A stretch of DNA of 64,000 bases from Deltaproteobacteria bacterium (lineage in GTDB: Bacteria; Desulfobacterota; Desulfobacteria; Desulfobacterales; ETH-SRB1), in NCBI GenBank assembly GCA_030262895.1, contig JAJSZW010000001.1, positions 16,360 through 80,359 of the forward strand, written 5' to 3'. A program made the position numbers and the translations under genes. Shown in pieces: positions 1 to 8,643 of the stretch. The notes beneath the pieces are model-generated. The model saw nothing but the letters and a program-made list of their open reading frames with translations. It had not been told where the DNA came from and ran no database searches. Numbering within the stretch: the first letter of the stretch is position 1; each line of letters opens with the position of its first letter.

Positions 1-23
1 ATCCATTCCCATCCTCCCAGTCC

Positions 24-1526
24 TTAAAAGCTTGCAGGGACTGCAAACTGAATTACAGACGAAATGATCTTTCCGCTAAAGATGCCGAGGAGAATAACTC
101 CTGCAGCCGTGATAACAATAGGAACAAGCATAGTAAGAGGAGCCTCGTCTCTTTGTATCTCCTCATGTTTTGTTTCCCCGCCATTAAGGGCATATGCCGG
201 CTCCATCGGTTTTAAATAAGCGCATTCGATAACCCTGAAAAACAGCACAGCATTTATCAAGCTGCTGCATAAGAGCGCTGCCGCCCATACCCACTGCCCG
301 GCTTCGATAGTCCCCAGGATGAGATACCACTTGCTGAAAAAGCCACATGCCGGCGGTATACCAACCATGGAAAGAGCGGTTATCGTAAATGCGGCCATAG
401 TAAACGGCATTTTCTTGTTCAGGTGACGCAACTGTTGTATTTCCCGCGTTCCTGTCTTATACAATATAGCACCCACAACCAAAAACAGGCACGCCATCAT
501 AACAGCGTCGTTCATGATGTGAAGGATAGCCCCGGTAAGTCCCATTCGATTCGCTACACTCACACCAATAACAATATACCCGACTTCCGCTACAACAACA
601 TAAACAAGCATCCTCTTGAGGTCTGTTTGAGCAAGCGCTTTAATTCCTCCCCAAAAAATAGCCATGACTGACAGCCATCCCAATATGGGCATTACCGGCA
701 CCATGTTTACAGAAAAATTGGGCTGGAATACGGTAAACAATAGCCTAATCATCACATATGCAGCCACTTTGGTCATCAAAGGGGCAATCAGCGCACTCAC
801 CGCAGAAGGTGCAGTACAGTAAGCATCCGGCAGCCATGTATGCAATGGAAAGAGCCCTGCCTTAATGGCTAAACCAACAGTAAAAAAGGCAAAGGCGACA
901 AGAATAACCTTGGAGTGATACAGGTCCGGCAGGATATTAGCCAGATCCGCCATATTAAGGGAGCCGGTTGCTATATAAAGGTATCCAATACCTAACAGGT
1001 AAAAACATGCACCGATGGTACCTATGATAATATAATTAAAGGTGGCCATAGGCGCCCCTTCCTCACCGATTGCTATTAAGGCATAGCAGGAAAGCGCAGA
1101 TATCTCCAGGAATACAAAAAGATTGAATACATCACCAGTGATAACAATACCCATGAGTCCGGTGACGAGGAGAAGGAAAAGTGTATAAAAAGGAACTGTT
1201 TTCTCAGGGAGATTATCTTCAATACTCTTTTTTGAATAAATGGCAACAATCAGACTGATAGACGATACAATGACCAGCACAAATGCGCTAAGATGGTCCA
1301 GCATATATTCTATCCCCCAAGGAGGTGCCCAGCCACCCAGACGATAGGAAAATTTGCCTGTCGTCATAACAGTATTCAGCACACTTAAAGAGGAGATAAG
1401 AGGTATGACAAGGACGGCGACAACCCATGGATAACAAAGTCTCTTTTTCCACCACCCAATCACCGGGACAAAGAGGGAAGCAATCAAAGGAACTACTATA
1501 ATCAGCGCTGCAAATTGATCTGCCAT
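24..1526 (-). CDS. mrpD: Mrp/Mnh-type cation:proton antiporter subunit D (NuoN/NuoM-like proton-conducting membrane subunit)
   Basis: 500-aa polytopic membrane ORF with MnhD/NuoN-like blocks (HTWLPDAY, LIAPLMTK). It is the last complete gene of a co-directional mrp-like cluster. Confidence 0.8.
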   Translation of the reverse strand: MADQFAALIIVVPLIASLFVPVIGWWKKRLCYPWVVAVLVIPLISSLSVLNTVMTTGKFSYRLGGWAPPWGIEYMLDHLSAFVLVIVSSISLIVAIYSKKSIEDNLPEKTVPFYTLFLLLVTGLMGIVITGDVFNLFVFLEISALSCYALIAIGEEGAPMATFNYIIIGTIGACFYLLGIGYLYIATGSLNMADLANILPDLYHSKVILVAFAFFTVGLAIKAGLFPLHTWLPDAYCTAPSAVSALIAPLMTKVAAYVMIRLLFTVFQPNFSVNMVPVMPILGWLSVMAIFWGGIKALAQTDLKRMLVYVVVAEVGYIVIGVSVANRMGLTGAILHIMNDAVMMACLFLVVGAILYKTGTREIQQLRHLNKKMPFTMAAFTITALSMVGIPPACGFFSKWYLILGTIEAGQWVWAAALLCSSLINAVLFFRVIECAYLKPMEPAYALNGGETKHEEIQRDEAPLTMLVPIVITAAGVILLGIFSGKIISSVIQFAVPASF

Positions 1527-1527
1527 T

Positions 1528-1917
1528 TTAGGCTCCTGTTTCCTTTCTGATCTTCAGGATCTCGTCTTCTTCTAACGTGTTATATTTTCTATAGATTAAA
1601 ATGAGTGAAGCAAGCGCAATGCCGGTTGTGGCTATAGACACCACAATAGCCGTAAGCATGAGTACGTGGGGCAATGGATTAATATAGTTGGCAACCTCGA
1701 TAGCTTCATGGCCGTGGCCATGCCCGGACAGTATCGGAACTGTCGCGCCTGCTTTCACACCTATAGAAACGTAAAAAAGGATTATCGCGGACTGGAATAT
1801 ATTCATTCCGATTAATTTCTTGACAAGATTTTTCTTGCCAATCATCGCATAAAGCCCGATCATCATCAGAATTATATATATCCAAAAGTTGTATTTGCTG
1901 ATTACGTAGTCGAGCAT
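1528..1917 (-). CDS. mrpC: Mrp/Mnh antiporter subunit C (NuoK-like)
   Basis: ORF track gives 1528..1935. I prefer the ATG at 1917, which has GGAGG 5 nt upstream and lies just after the upstream stop. Small 3-TM protein with a NuoK/MnhC-like sequence (LIGMNIFQSAIILFYVSIG). Confidence 0.75.
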   Translation of the reverse strand: MLDYVISKYNFWIYIILMMIGLYAMIGKKNLVKKLIGMNIFQSAIILFYVSIGVKAGATVPILSGHGHGHEAIEVANYINPLPHVLMLTAIVVSIATTGIALASLILIYRKYNTLEEDEILKIRKETGA

Positions 1918-1918
1918 A

Positions 1919-2203
1919 TCAGCCTCCTTCACCATTGCGCTTTTTTCTCAACATCAGAATGCAGCCAATCGCTGCCGTAAAGACTACTACGGTCTCACCC
2001 ATCGTGTCATAACTCCTGTAATCCGCAAGCACAGCAGTAACAATATTAGGGGTTGCCGTCTTTTCCGTGGCCTCCTGAATATACTGTGGTGAAACATGCG
2101 AACTGGCCGGAGAATTGGGATCACTCCACTTAGGCATGTCTTCAACGCCATATATGAGTAATGCGCCTGTCATAATGACTGCGATTAAAGCAATAACTTT
2201 CAA
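1919..2203 (-). CDS. MnhB-related small membrane subunit
   Basis: 94 aa. Carries the motif NIVTAVLADYRSYDTMGE, typical of MnhB/Mbh-type subunits. Start overlaps the upstream stop by 4 nt. Confidence 0.65.
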   Translation of the reverse strand: MKVIALIAVIMTGALLIYGVEDMPKWSDPNSPASSHVSPQYIQEATEKTATPNIVTAVLADYRSYDTMGETVVVFTAAIGCILMLRKKRNGEGG

Positions 2204-2445
2204 TCTTTTGACCTCCTTTTTGTTTTACTAACCGCTGCAATAAACAAGACTGTTCCGACTCCAGCGCCTACGGAAGCCTCGGTAAAGGCTACATCCACCG
2301 CCCCCATTTCCGTCCATAGGAGACACATAAAGAAACTGTAAGCGCCCAAAATAATAACAGCACCCAAAAGATCTTTTACATTAATAGCAGCAATCGCACA
2401 GATTATAATAAAAAGGCAGAGTATAAGATCAAGTTGCCAGATCAT
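2200..2445 (-). CDS. MbhD/DUF4040-like small membrane subunit of the Mrp complex
   Basis: ORF track gives 2200..2481. The ATG at 2445 forms an ATGA overlap with the mrpG stop. 81 aa, hydrophobic (LILCLFIIICAIAAINVKDLLGAVIILGAYSF). Confidence 0.6.
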   Translation of the reverse strand: MIWQLDLILCLFIIICAIAAINVKDLLGAVIILGAYSFFMCLLWTEMGAVDVAFTEASVGAGVGTVLFIAAVSKTKRRSKD

Positions 2446-2768
2446 TTGCTTCCCTCCCTGGTCCATGGTTTGACACCGCACCGAAAAGCAGCTCTTGAAA
2501 TGGCGTGGGTTGCAGTGGGATTAGCCAAAAAAACAAAAACAGCGACAACGACTATCTTTATACTGTCTAAAATAGCCCCGTGATATGCTGCATGATATAT
2601 AGAAAGGCCGACAAGCGCTATAAGCACCGCCAGTGTGTCGCCTTTCCCCGTGGCATGCATCCGGGAATAAAAATCCGGAAAACGCAGGAAGCCAATGGTC
2701 CCTGTGGCAAAAAAGAAACAACCCACTAAAATCAGGATCATAGATATTCCTTTTACAATTTCCATCAA
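2442..2768 (-). CDS. mrpG: Mrp/Mnh antiporter subunit G
   Basis: 108 aa with the MnhG signature GTIGFLRFPDFYSRMHATGKGDTLA. 4-nt overlap with mrpF. Confidence 0.8.
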   Translation of the reverse strand: MMEIVKGISMILILVGCFFFATGTIGFLRFPDFYSRMHATGKGDTLAVLIALVGLSIYHAAYHGAILDSIKIVVVAVFVFLANPTATHAISRAAFRCGVKPWTREGSK

Positions 2769-3031
2769 ATTTCACCTCTCCCTTCAAAGTACTTTGCTGC
2801 CGCTAATGACCCGATAAAATTCAAAATAGCGTAAACCATGATGATATCCAAAAACATCTCTATCCTGCCATAGATAAAACCCATCAGCACCAGAACCACC
2901 AATGTTTTTGTGCCGATCGCTCCGACTCCTACAATCCGGTCTATAATAGTCGGCCCGTACACTACCCGATAGAGACAAAGTAAAACAAGCAAACAAAGGA
3001 AAATACTCACGCCTAAATAAAAATTTTCCAT
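2765..3031 (-). CDS. mrpF: Mrp/Mnh antiporter subunit F
   Basis: 88 aa, MnhF-like (LYRVVYGPTIIDRIVGVGAIGTKT). GGAG lies upstream of the ATG. Confidence 0.8.
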   Translation of the reverse strand: MENFYLGVSIFLCLLVLLCLYRVVYGPTIIDRIVGVGAIGTKTLVVLVLMGFIYGRIEMFLDIIMVYAILNFIGSLAAAKYFEGRGEI

Positions 3032-3103
3032 CTCAATACTCCAAAATTAGTTGTTAAGCTGATTAGCTGATTAGCTTAACAGCTTATTAGCCAGCTTATT
3101 GCT

Positions 3104-4039
3104 TTAATTAACCGTTAAGTTGTATTTATTAAGCTTTGAATACAATGTGCTGCGGCTCACATTAAGTTGTTTTGCAACTTTTAATTTGTTCCAGTTGTTC
3201 TCCTGCAAAATTTTCATAAGGAATCTTTTCTCATTTTCCTCAAAAGAGGTTATCCCTTCATTTTTTTCTTTTAACACTTCATGTAAAATGCGGGAAGGCA
3301 GTAACTCACGCTCAACTTTTTCACCCTTTGCCAGTAGGAAAGCGTGTTGTATTGAGTTTTCCAACTCCTTGACATTGCCTGGCCAGGAATAGTCCATTAA
3401 TATCTGCATTGTATCGGATGTAACACCGCTAACATTTTTCCCTATTTCTAGATTCAGTATTTCTAAAAAGCATTCTATTAGAAGGGGGATATCATCTTTC
3501 CTCTGCCTTAAGGAAGGCAGGTGTATATTAATTACATTCAGCATATAAGAAAATTCTTCATTAAAAGTTCCTTTTTCGACCTCTTTCCCAAGATCAGTAT
3601 TAACAGCGGCAATAATCCTGACATCTGTCTTAATCCTTTTTTTTCCTCCAAGCCTTTTTATAGACCCTTCCTGTAAAAAATCCTGAAGTTTGATCTGTGT
3701 CAATGGAGGCATTTTATCAATCTCACTCAAAAACACTGTGCCGCCATTATTCCGCTCCAGACATCCTTTCTTTTGAGATACCGCCCCTTCAAAGGCGCCT
3801 GTTTCATGACCAAAAAGTCCGCTTTCAACTATAAACCTCGGATAAGCTGAGCAGTTATACACATCAAAAGGTTTGTCTTTTCTTGAGCTGTTCAAATGGA
3901 TACATCTTGCCACCAATGCTTTCTCAGTACCCTCTTCACCCTGAACCACAACCGAGGTATCAGTAGGAGCCAGATTCAATATCATATTGTAGATCTGCTG
4001 CATTCTGGCAGACTGTTTATTGATCTCCTGTATCTTCAA
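3104..4039 (-). CDS. Receiver-less sigma-54 enhancer-binding-protein paralog with degenerate ATPase motifs and a C-terminal Fis-type HTH
   Basis: 311 aa, clearly paralogous to the AAA+/HTH part of the 623-aa activator at 12407..14278. Walker A reads GEEGTEKA (canonical GESGTGKE), Walker B reads FLSEI (canonical FLDEI), GAFTGA reads GAFEGA, and YYRLNV reads SYMLNV. The start overlaps the mrpB stop by 4 nt. Confidence 0.8.
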   Translation of the reverse strand: MKIQEINKQSARMQQIYNMILNLAPTDTSVVVQGEEGTEKALVARCIHLNSSRKDKPFDVYNCSAYPRFIVESGLFGHETGAFEGAVSQKKGCLERNNGGTVFLSEIDKMPPLTQIKLQDFLQEGSIKRLGGKKRIKTDVRIIAAVNTDLGKEVEKGTFNEEFSYMLNVINIHLPSLRQRKDDIPLLIECFLEILNLEIGKNVSGVTSDTMQILMDYSWPGNVKELENSIQHAFLLAKGEKVERELLPSRILHEVLKEKNEGITSFEENEKRFLMKILQENNWNKLKVAKQLNVSRSTLYSKLNKYNLTVN

Positions 4040-4530
4040 GCTCGCTTCCCTTGAATATTCTTTTCTTTTGAAGGAAGTCCTCCGGTTGCTATGTCTAAAA
4101 AGATCGAAATCATCGCAGCCATAACAGTGACCCCGACACCGACCTCAACGCCCAGAATACCGAGCGATCTTGCCTGCGCAATCCCCACATGCAGAATCTG
4201 ATCAAGTTCTGCATAGTCTAAAAAGTTACCTCCAAGTATTAAACACAACACCCCTATTCCTGCATATATAAAGACTCCTGTGCTACATAGAATGGTATTC
4301 AATTTCTCGCTCATCTTCCTTAAAGCATTGTCCAATCCATAGGTAATGACCAATAAAATAATACTTGCCCCAAGAATCACTCCACCTTGAAATCCTCCTC
4401 CAGGGCTGTAATGTCCATGAGCGATAACATACAGAGCATAAATCTGCATAAAGGGTATCAGCAGCCTGGAAAGTGTCTTTACAATAACGTCATCTGATTG
4501 TTTAGTCATCATATCGTTTACCCCGGTCAT
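4036..4530 (-). CDS. mrpB: Mrp/Mnh antiporter subunit B
   Basis: 164 aa with the MnhB-domain block HGHYSPGGGFQGGVILGASIIL. Start is ambiguous (4530, 4512 or 4509). Confidence 0.75.
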   Translation of the reverse strand: MTGVNDMMTKQSDDVIVKTLSRLLIPFMQIYALYVIAHGHYSPGGGFQGGVILGASIILLVITYGLDNALRKMSEKLNTILCSTGVFIYAGIGVLCLILGGNFLDYAELDQILHVGIAQARSLGILGVEVGVGVTVMAAMISIFLDIATGGLPSKEKNIQGKRA

Positions 4531-4548
4531 TTCCTAAGTCTTTTTGTT

Positions 4549-5262
4549 TTACTTTAGTGCTACAAAAACAGGTGCCATATCGAGAGTATCCTGTACATAT
4601 ACATGGTCGGCTTCCATGAATATATGCGCAATCCTGTCCTCCATCTCACCGGTCAGAAGGTCTTCAGCGGTCTTTTTACTCACAGCATGCACGTAATAAA
4701 CCCCATCTCTGATATCCAGGGTAATAGTTCCAGGCGTGAGAGTGATCGAATTGGCAAGTGTGACCAGAGAAATATCGCTTTCCAGTTTTGTCTTAAATTC
4801 TATTATCTTTGGATCTATCAGATTTTTTGGCCCCAAGGCTAATCTGGCAACATGCATGTTGGACAAAACGATCTGGTAGAGAAGCCATGGAATATAAGTA
4901 ATAAATCTTTTTACTATTACACGCATATCTCCTGCTCTTGGATTGGCAAAAAGAAGATCATGCGTTGCATGCGAAACCAGACCGCAACAAAGAATTCCGA
5001 TGCTGATATGAAATAAATCATAGTGCCCCGACAAGAGCAGCCAGCAACCAAACAAAATGATGAATGTTGCTGTAAATCTGGTAATCTCGGTCTTTGTTTG
5101 CCTGGCGCCTTTAAATATTGCCTCCACTCTTTTTCTTTGGACGGACTGGGCTTCTGAGGTTAATCGAGCAGCAATGTCCAAAACATCCTTGCTCCTCTCT
5201 CTTGCTTTCTCTAATATCTCAAAGGACTCATCCGTGGCCTGGACTAATATAGTTACTTCCAT
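4549..5262 (-). CDS. mrpE: Mrp/Mnh antiporter subunit E (with N-terminal extension)
   Basis: The C-terminal half is MnhE-like (LSNMHVARLALGP...SLVTLANSITLTPGTITLDI). The ORF-track start at 5316 lies inside repeat B3. The ATG at 5262 has GAGGA 5 nt upstream and is preferred. Confidence 0.7.
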   Translation of the reverse strand: MEVTILVQATDESFEILEKARERSKDVLDIAARLTSEAQSVQRKRVEAIFKGARQTKTEITRFTATFIILFGCWLLLSGHYDLFHISIGILCCGLVSHATHDLLFANPRAGDMRVIVKRFITYIPWLLYQIVLSNMHVARLALGPKNLIDPKIIEFKTKLESDISLVTLANSITLTPGTITLDIRDGVYYVHAVSKKTAEDLLTGEMEDRIAHIFMEADHVYVQDTLDMAPVFVALK

Positions 5263-5287
5263 TCCGTTCCTCTTCTTTCTAAATAGA

Positions 5288-5424
5288 GCCTGAACGAAAA
5301 CTGCTAATTTTTCCAATTTCTGCGCCAGGCTTAAATTTTAATCCTCAAAATACTCAATGTATTCCTGCGGTTAAAATTTGCGCCTTCCTTGAACTTGAAA
5401 AAATTTTCTAGTTTTCGTTCGGGC
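5288..5424 (-). repeat. B-family nested-palindrome element, copy B3 (inverted relative to B1/B2)
   Basis: The reverse complement matches the ~70-nt core of B1/B2 (gttcaaggaaggcg.aaatttta...ggaatacattgagtatt..gagg.ttaaaattt). It has its own terminal inverted repeat, cctgaacgaaaact / agttttcgttcggg. Confidence 0.8.
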
Positions 5425-5487
5425 ACTAAATGTGGCCTTATTTTCCTGCGTTCACACAAAAAATACGTTTTCCGAATTCAAAACGTT

Positions 5488-6288
5488 TTATCTAAAAGGA
5501 ACCAGCAATGCAGGAACAGGGGTTCTCTCTACTACGTTGCACGAAGATTTTCCTACTAGAATATCTTTAAAGCTTTGCCCCGACGTTGTCCCCATAACTA
5601 TTGATGTAGAATTATAATCTTGCGCTGCAAGAATAATCTCATCAACAGTTTTGCCTGCATATACATGATATTCTGCGTCAATTCCCTCTTTTATGCATTT
5701 GTTGCGCGTTTCTCTTAATTTTTCCATAAGCTGTCTCAGATCACGCACAGTCAATTTCTTGTGTATTACATTTACAATATCAAGCTCGTTGATTAATTGC
5801 TTAAAACCAAGTATAATCTGAAGCGCTTTTTCAGATGCCTGGGACCAATCGGTCGCAAACAAAACACGCTCAAATGCCCCTTTTGAAGTAAGCTTCAATC
5901 CTGTTTCATCTTTGTCAACTATCAGAACAGGCACGCTTGCCTCCTTAATAAGCTTTTTAACAATAGGATCGCCAAACAAAATTCTTCTTTTCTTTTTATC
6001 AAAATGAACCACGGCGAATGATATCTGATTTTCATGGATTGTACTCAAAACACAACTGGGCAAATCTCCAGAGTCAAATCTTATAGAAGCTTTCAAGCCA
6101 TAGCTGTTTAATTTTTCTTTCCATTGCTCAAACAGCTCAAGAGCTGCATCATTCTTGTCTTTTTCTTCATCTATTACACAAAGGAAAATTATTTCCTTGA
6201 AGCCAATATCGCTAAAACCTGACAATCCTTCCAGCACCTTGGAACTTGGGCGCCTAAGATCTGTAGCATATAATATTTTTCCGGCCAT
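5488..6288 (-). CDS. Tandem universal stress protein (two UspA domains)
   Basis: 266 aa with two Usp-like halves (YATDL..., FATDWS...IVMGTTSGQS). GGGGAGA Shine-Dalgarno upstream. Confidence 0.8.
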   Translation of the reverse strand: MAGKILYATDLRRPSSKVLEGLSGFSDIGFKEIIFLCVIDEEKDKNDAALELFEQWKEKLNSYGLKASIRFDSGDLPSCVLSTIHENQISFAVVHFDKKKRRILFGDPIVKKLIKEASVPVLIVDKDETGLKLTSKGAFERVLFATDWSQASEKALQIILGFKQLINELDIVNVIHKKLTVRDLRQLMEKLRETRNKCIKEGIDAEYHVYAGKTVDEIILAAQDYNSTSIVMGTTSGQSFKDILVGKSSCNVVERTPVPALLVPFR

Positions 6289-6353
6289 TATCTCCCCTTT
6301 TTAATAGATATCAATCTTATTCTAGCCTTAAAAAACTAAATTTTATTTTGTTA

Positions 6354-6370
6354 AAGCAACTTTCGTGCCT
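6354..6370 (-). promoter_or_regulatory. Candidate sigma-54 (-24/-12) promoter for the USP gene at 5488..6288
   Basis: The minus strand reads aGGCACGaaagTTGCTt, matching TGGCACG-N4-TTGCW with correct GG/GC spacing. It lies ~66 nt upstream of the ATG at 6288. Confidence 0.6.
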
Positions 6371-6880
6371 TTATGATGCAAAATGTATGTCTGATCCTGT
6401 TTTTTCAGGTGTTACCAGAATTTGAAGCTGCAGGCATGAATAATATCATCAACACAAAGTGACCAAATTTTGGACATATAATAGTAATTTTTCAGAAACA
6501 TCTTTATATCTTTGAATAATATTATGTAGGATTTTTGTACACATTTTGCCTAAAAACTGTACAACAATATTTTCCCATCTCTTTGAGCTTTAATACGCTT
6601 GTAAAAAAGGCCTTTTTTACAAGTAGTTGCGGATTTAGGACTTACAAATCATTAACGACTTGATAAAATTGGAAAAACCGCAATTTTTATACTTTTTTAC
6701 GAGATCATCAGTTTTAAAAAAGCTCAAGCGTGAACGCCTTCTTAACGCTCTTAATTGTGCTTAATAAACACTTGACAATTTAACAATTATCTGTTTAATT
6801 AATATTAAAAAAATTATAATTTAAAGATGAGGACTGATGTGCTCAGTTGACTGAAAAACTGTGATTAAGGAGGATATTCT

Positions 6881-7747
6881 ATGAATCTTAAAAAAATGCT
6901 GTTTGTGACCAATTTTGATAAATTGTGGTTTGACGCCCTGGAATCACTGATGGATCTCAGAAAATCAGGCCTTAATCATGTAGTTTTTCTCCATGTAATA
7001 GAAAAAGATAAAGTCGCAATGCGTCGTGGAAAAGGCTACCTCAAAGAGGAAGAGGTCGGTCTCAAACAAATGGCGGATGTGCGTTTTATAGATTGGGCCG
7101 AAAGCATATTTGAAAAAGGAATGGAATGCGGCGCCTATGTTGTAGTTGGTAATTATATCCCCAAGATTCTCTCAACGGCTGAAACAGAAAAAGCGGATCT
7201 CATAGTGATAGAATCCCATGAGAGGACAAAAGTAGAAAAACTGTACGTGGATTCAACGGTACTGGAACTCCTCCGGCGAGCCAAGACTCCTGTATTAGTG
7301 CATAAATATATGCTGCCATCGGGAAAGACCAACGAAAAGCCTTTTGAGGTACCCCTCTTTGCAACAGACTGGTCTTCTCCATGTGAAAGAGCATTGGAGC
7401 AGATTATCGACGTTAAAAACAGTGTTAAAAAAGTAGTAGTGGTTCATGTTGTCAGTGAGGATTCTATGAAGGGAAAATCTAAACATGACCTTCAAGTGCT
7501 TCAAAAAGAGAATAAGAAAAGGCTGGAAGATGTCCGTATTACTTTTGAAGACGAAGGAATAGAAACTGAGACTCATCTGTATATGGGAGAAGTTGTTCCG
7601 CAAATTGAAAACGCCTCGCGTGAACATGGCGCCACAATGATCATTACAGGCTCAACAGGGAAAGGAGCATGGCGAGAGCGATGGCTGGGAAGTATTTCTC
7701 AGCAATTGGCGGAATCATCGGAACTTCCCACGCTGTTAATACCTTAA
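6881..7747 (+). CDS. Tandem universal stress protein (two UspA domains)
   Basis: 288 aa with two Usp-like halves (FATDWS, IITGSTGKG). AAGGAGG Shine-Dalgarno upstream. Confidence 0.8.
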   Translation: MNLKKMLFVTNFDKLWFDALESLMDLRKSGLNHVVFLHVIEKDKVAMRRGKGYLKEEEVGLKQMADVRFIDWAESIFEKGMECGAYVVVGNYIPKILSTAETEKADLIVIESHERTKVEKLYVDSTVLELLRRAKTPVLVHKYMLPSGKTNEKPFEVPLFATDWSSPCERALEQIIDVKNSVKKVVVVHVVSEDSMKGKSKHDLQVLQKENKKRLEDVRITFEDEGIETETHLYMGEVVPQIENASREHGATMIITGSTGKGAWRERWLGSISQQLAESSELPTLLIP

Positions 7748-7804
7748 AACCCGGTCGAGTTGTTAAATAGTGGAGTAGTCGAGTCATTATTAAAAATTAA
7801 AAAA

Positions 7805-7831
7805 GGCGGATAAGCAATTATCCGCCTTTTT
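7805..7831 (+). terminator. Rho-independent terminator after the USP gene
   Basis: Stem ggcggataa / ttatccgcc (9 bp, 4-nt loop) followed by ttttt. Confidence 0.7.
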
Positions 7832-7837
7832 AATTTC

Positions 7838-8000
7838 AACCTAAGTTGAGCGATTTTTTGCGAAGAAATGTGCCGAGATCTTAATGCAGCTAGGTTTGCG
7901 AAAAGCGTAGGCATACCAATGGATATGTCGAGACTTTTCGCAAGTCCTTGATGCGCAAGAGATTGGTGCAGGTCGAGTAAAAAATTGCTCAATTTAGGTT
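7838..8000 (+). repeat. C-family nested-palindrome element, copy C1
   Basis: 22-nt terminal inverted repeat aacctaagttgagcgatttttt / aaaaaattgctcaatttaggtt (20/22). Inner repeat ttgcgaaaag / cttttcgcaa flanks the core cgtaggcataccaatggatatgtcgag. Confidence 0.75.
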
Positions 8001-8043
8001 CAATTCAGGCTGTTAAGTTTCCAGTTGGTTGCCTTGATCTTTT

Positions 8044-8207
8044 GTAACTACTCAGGTTGATAGGCTGAAGGCTGAAGACTGTTAGGAAAAAGCGCATTTT
8101 GAAGCCATGTTTGGTGCAAGAATCAGATGTTTCCGCTAAAGTACGGCAATCGTGCTCTTCTGACCCCTTCAGCCTTCAGCCTGACTACGTGACTACGTGA
8201 GTAGTTA
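8044..8207 (+). repeat. A-family MITE-like element, copy A1
   Basis: Termini gtaactactcagg...cgtgagtagtta. Arms ggctgaaggctgaag / cttcagccttcagcc. About 90% identical to the reverse complement of 56413..56584. The right end covers the stop codon of the receiver gene. Confidence 0.85.
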
Positions 8208-8597
8208 AGACAAAAGTTTCTTTATCATTGCCCCCAATTCTTCGGGCTCGACCGGTTTTTCAAGATAGGCTTCCGGTTCCGGCACCGGTTGATCTCCAAA
8301 CTCGTCAAGGGCCTTCTGAGAGCGGAGAAAGGTTCTTTTGGCTATTCCGGAAAGCACGATTACCGGAATGTCACTAAATTGAGAATCCGTTTTTAATGCA
8401 CGATACATCTTGATACCGCTTTCCTTAGGCATTAATATATCCAGGATAATTAAAGCCGGTTTTTCCTCTTTGACCTTACCCATACCCTCTTCGCCGTCTT
8501 TTGCAATCTCCGGCTTATAGCCACTGTCTTCCACAACGCTTGAAGAAAATGTTCTCACATCAACGTCATCATCAACAATCAGCACCTTTTTCGCCAT
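8205..8597 (-). CDS. Single-domain response regulator (CheY-like receiver)
   Basis: 130 aa. Carries VLIVDDDVDV, ILDILMPKESG and a conserved K region. Confidence 0.85.
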   Translation of the reverse strand: MAKKVLIVDDDVDVRTFSSSVVEDSGYKPEIAKDGEEGMGKVKEEKPALIILDILMPKESGIKMYRALKTDSQFSDIPVIVLSGIAKRTFLRSQKALDEFGDQPVPEPEAYLEKPVEPEELGAMIKKLLS

Positions 8598-8643
8598 AAT
8601 GAATTCCTCCTTTTAGTATAATTTTGTAAAAATCATTTTTGCC

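Noticed and set aside
8044-8207. Tandem short repeats (ggctgaaggctgaag, cacggtttacggttcacggtt, gaaattggaaattgg) considered as possible CRISPR arrays.
   Set aside because: The units are only 7-8 nt and directly abutting, with no spacers. They occur as complementary arms of hairpins. No 25-40-nt repeat/spacer periodicity and no cas genes are present.
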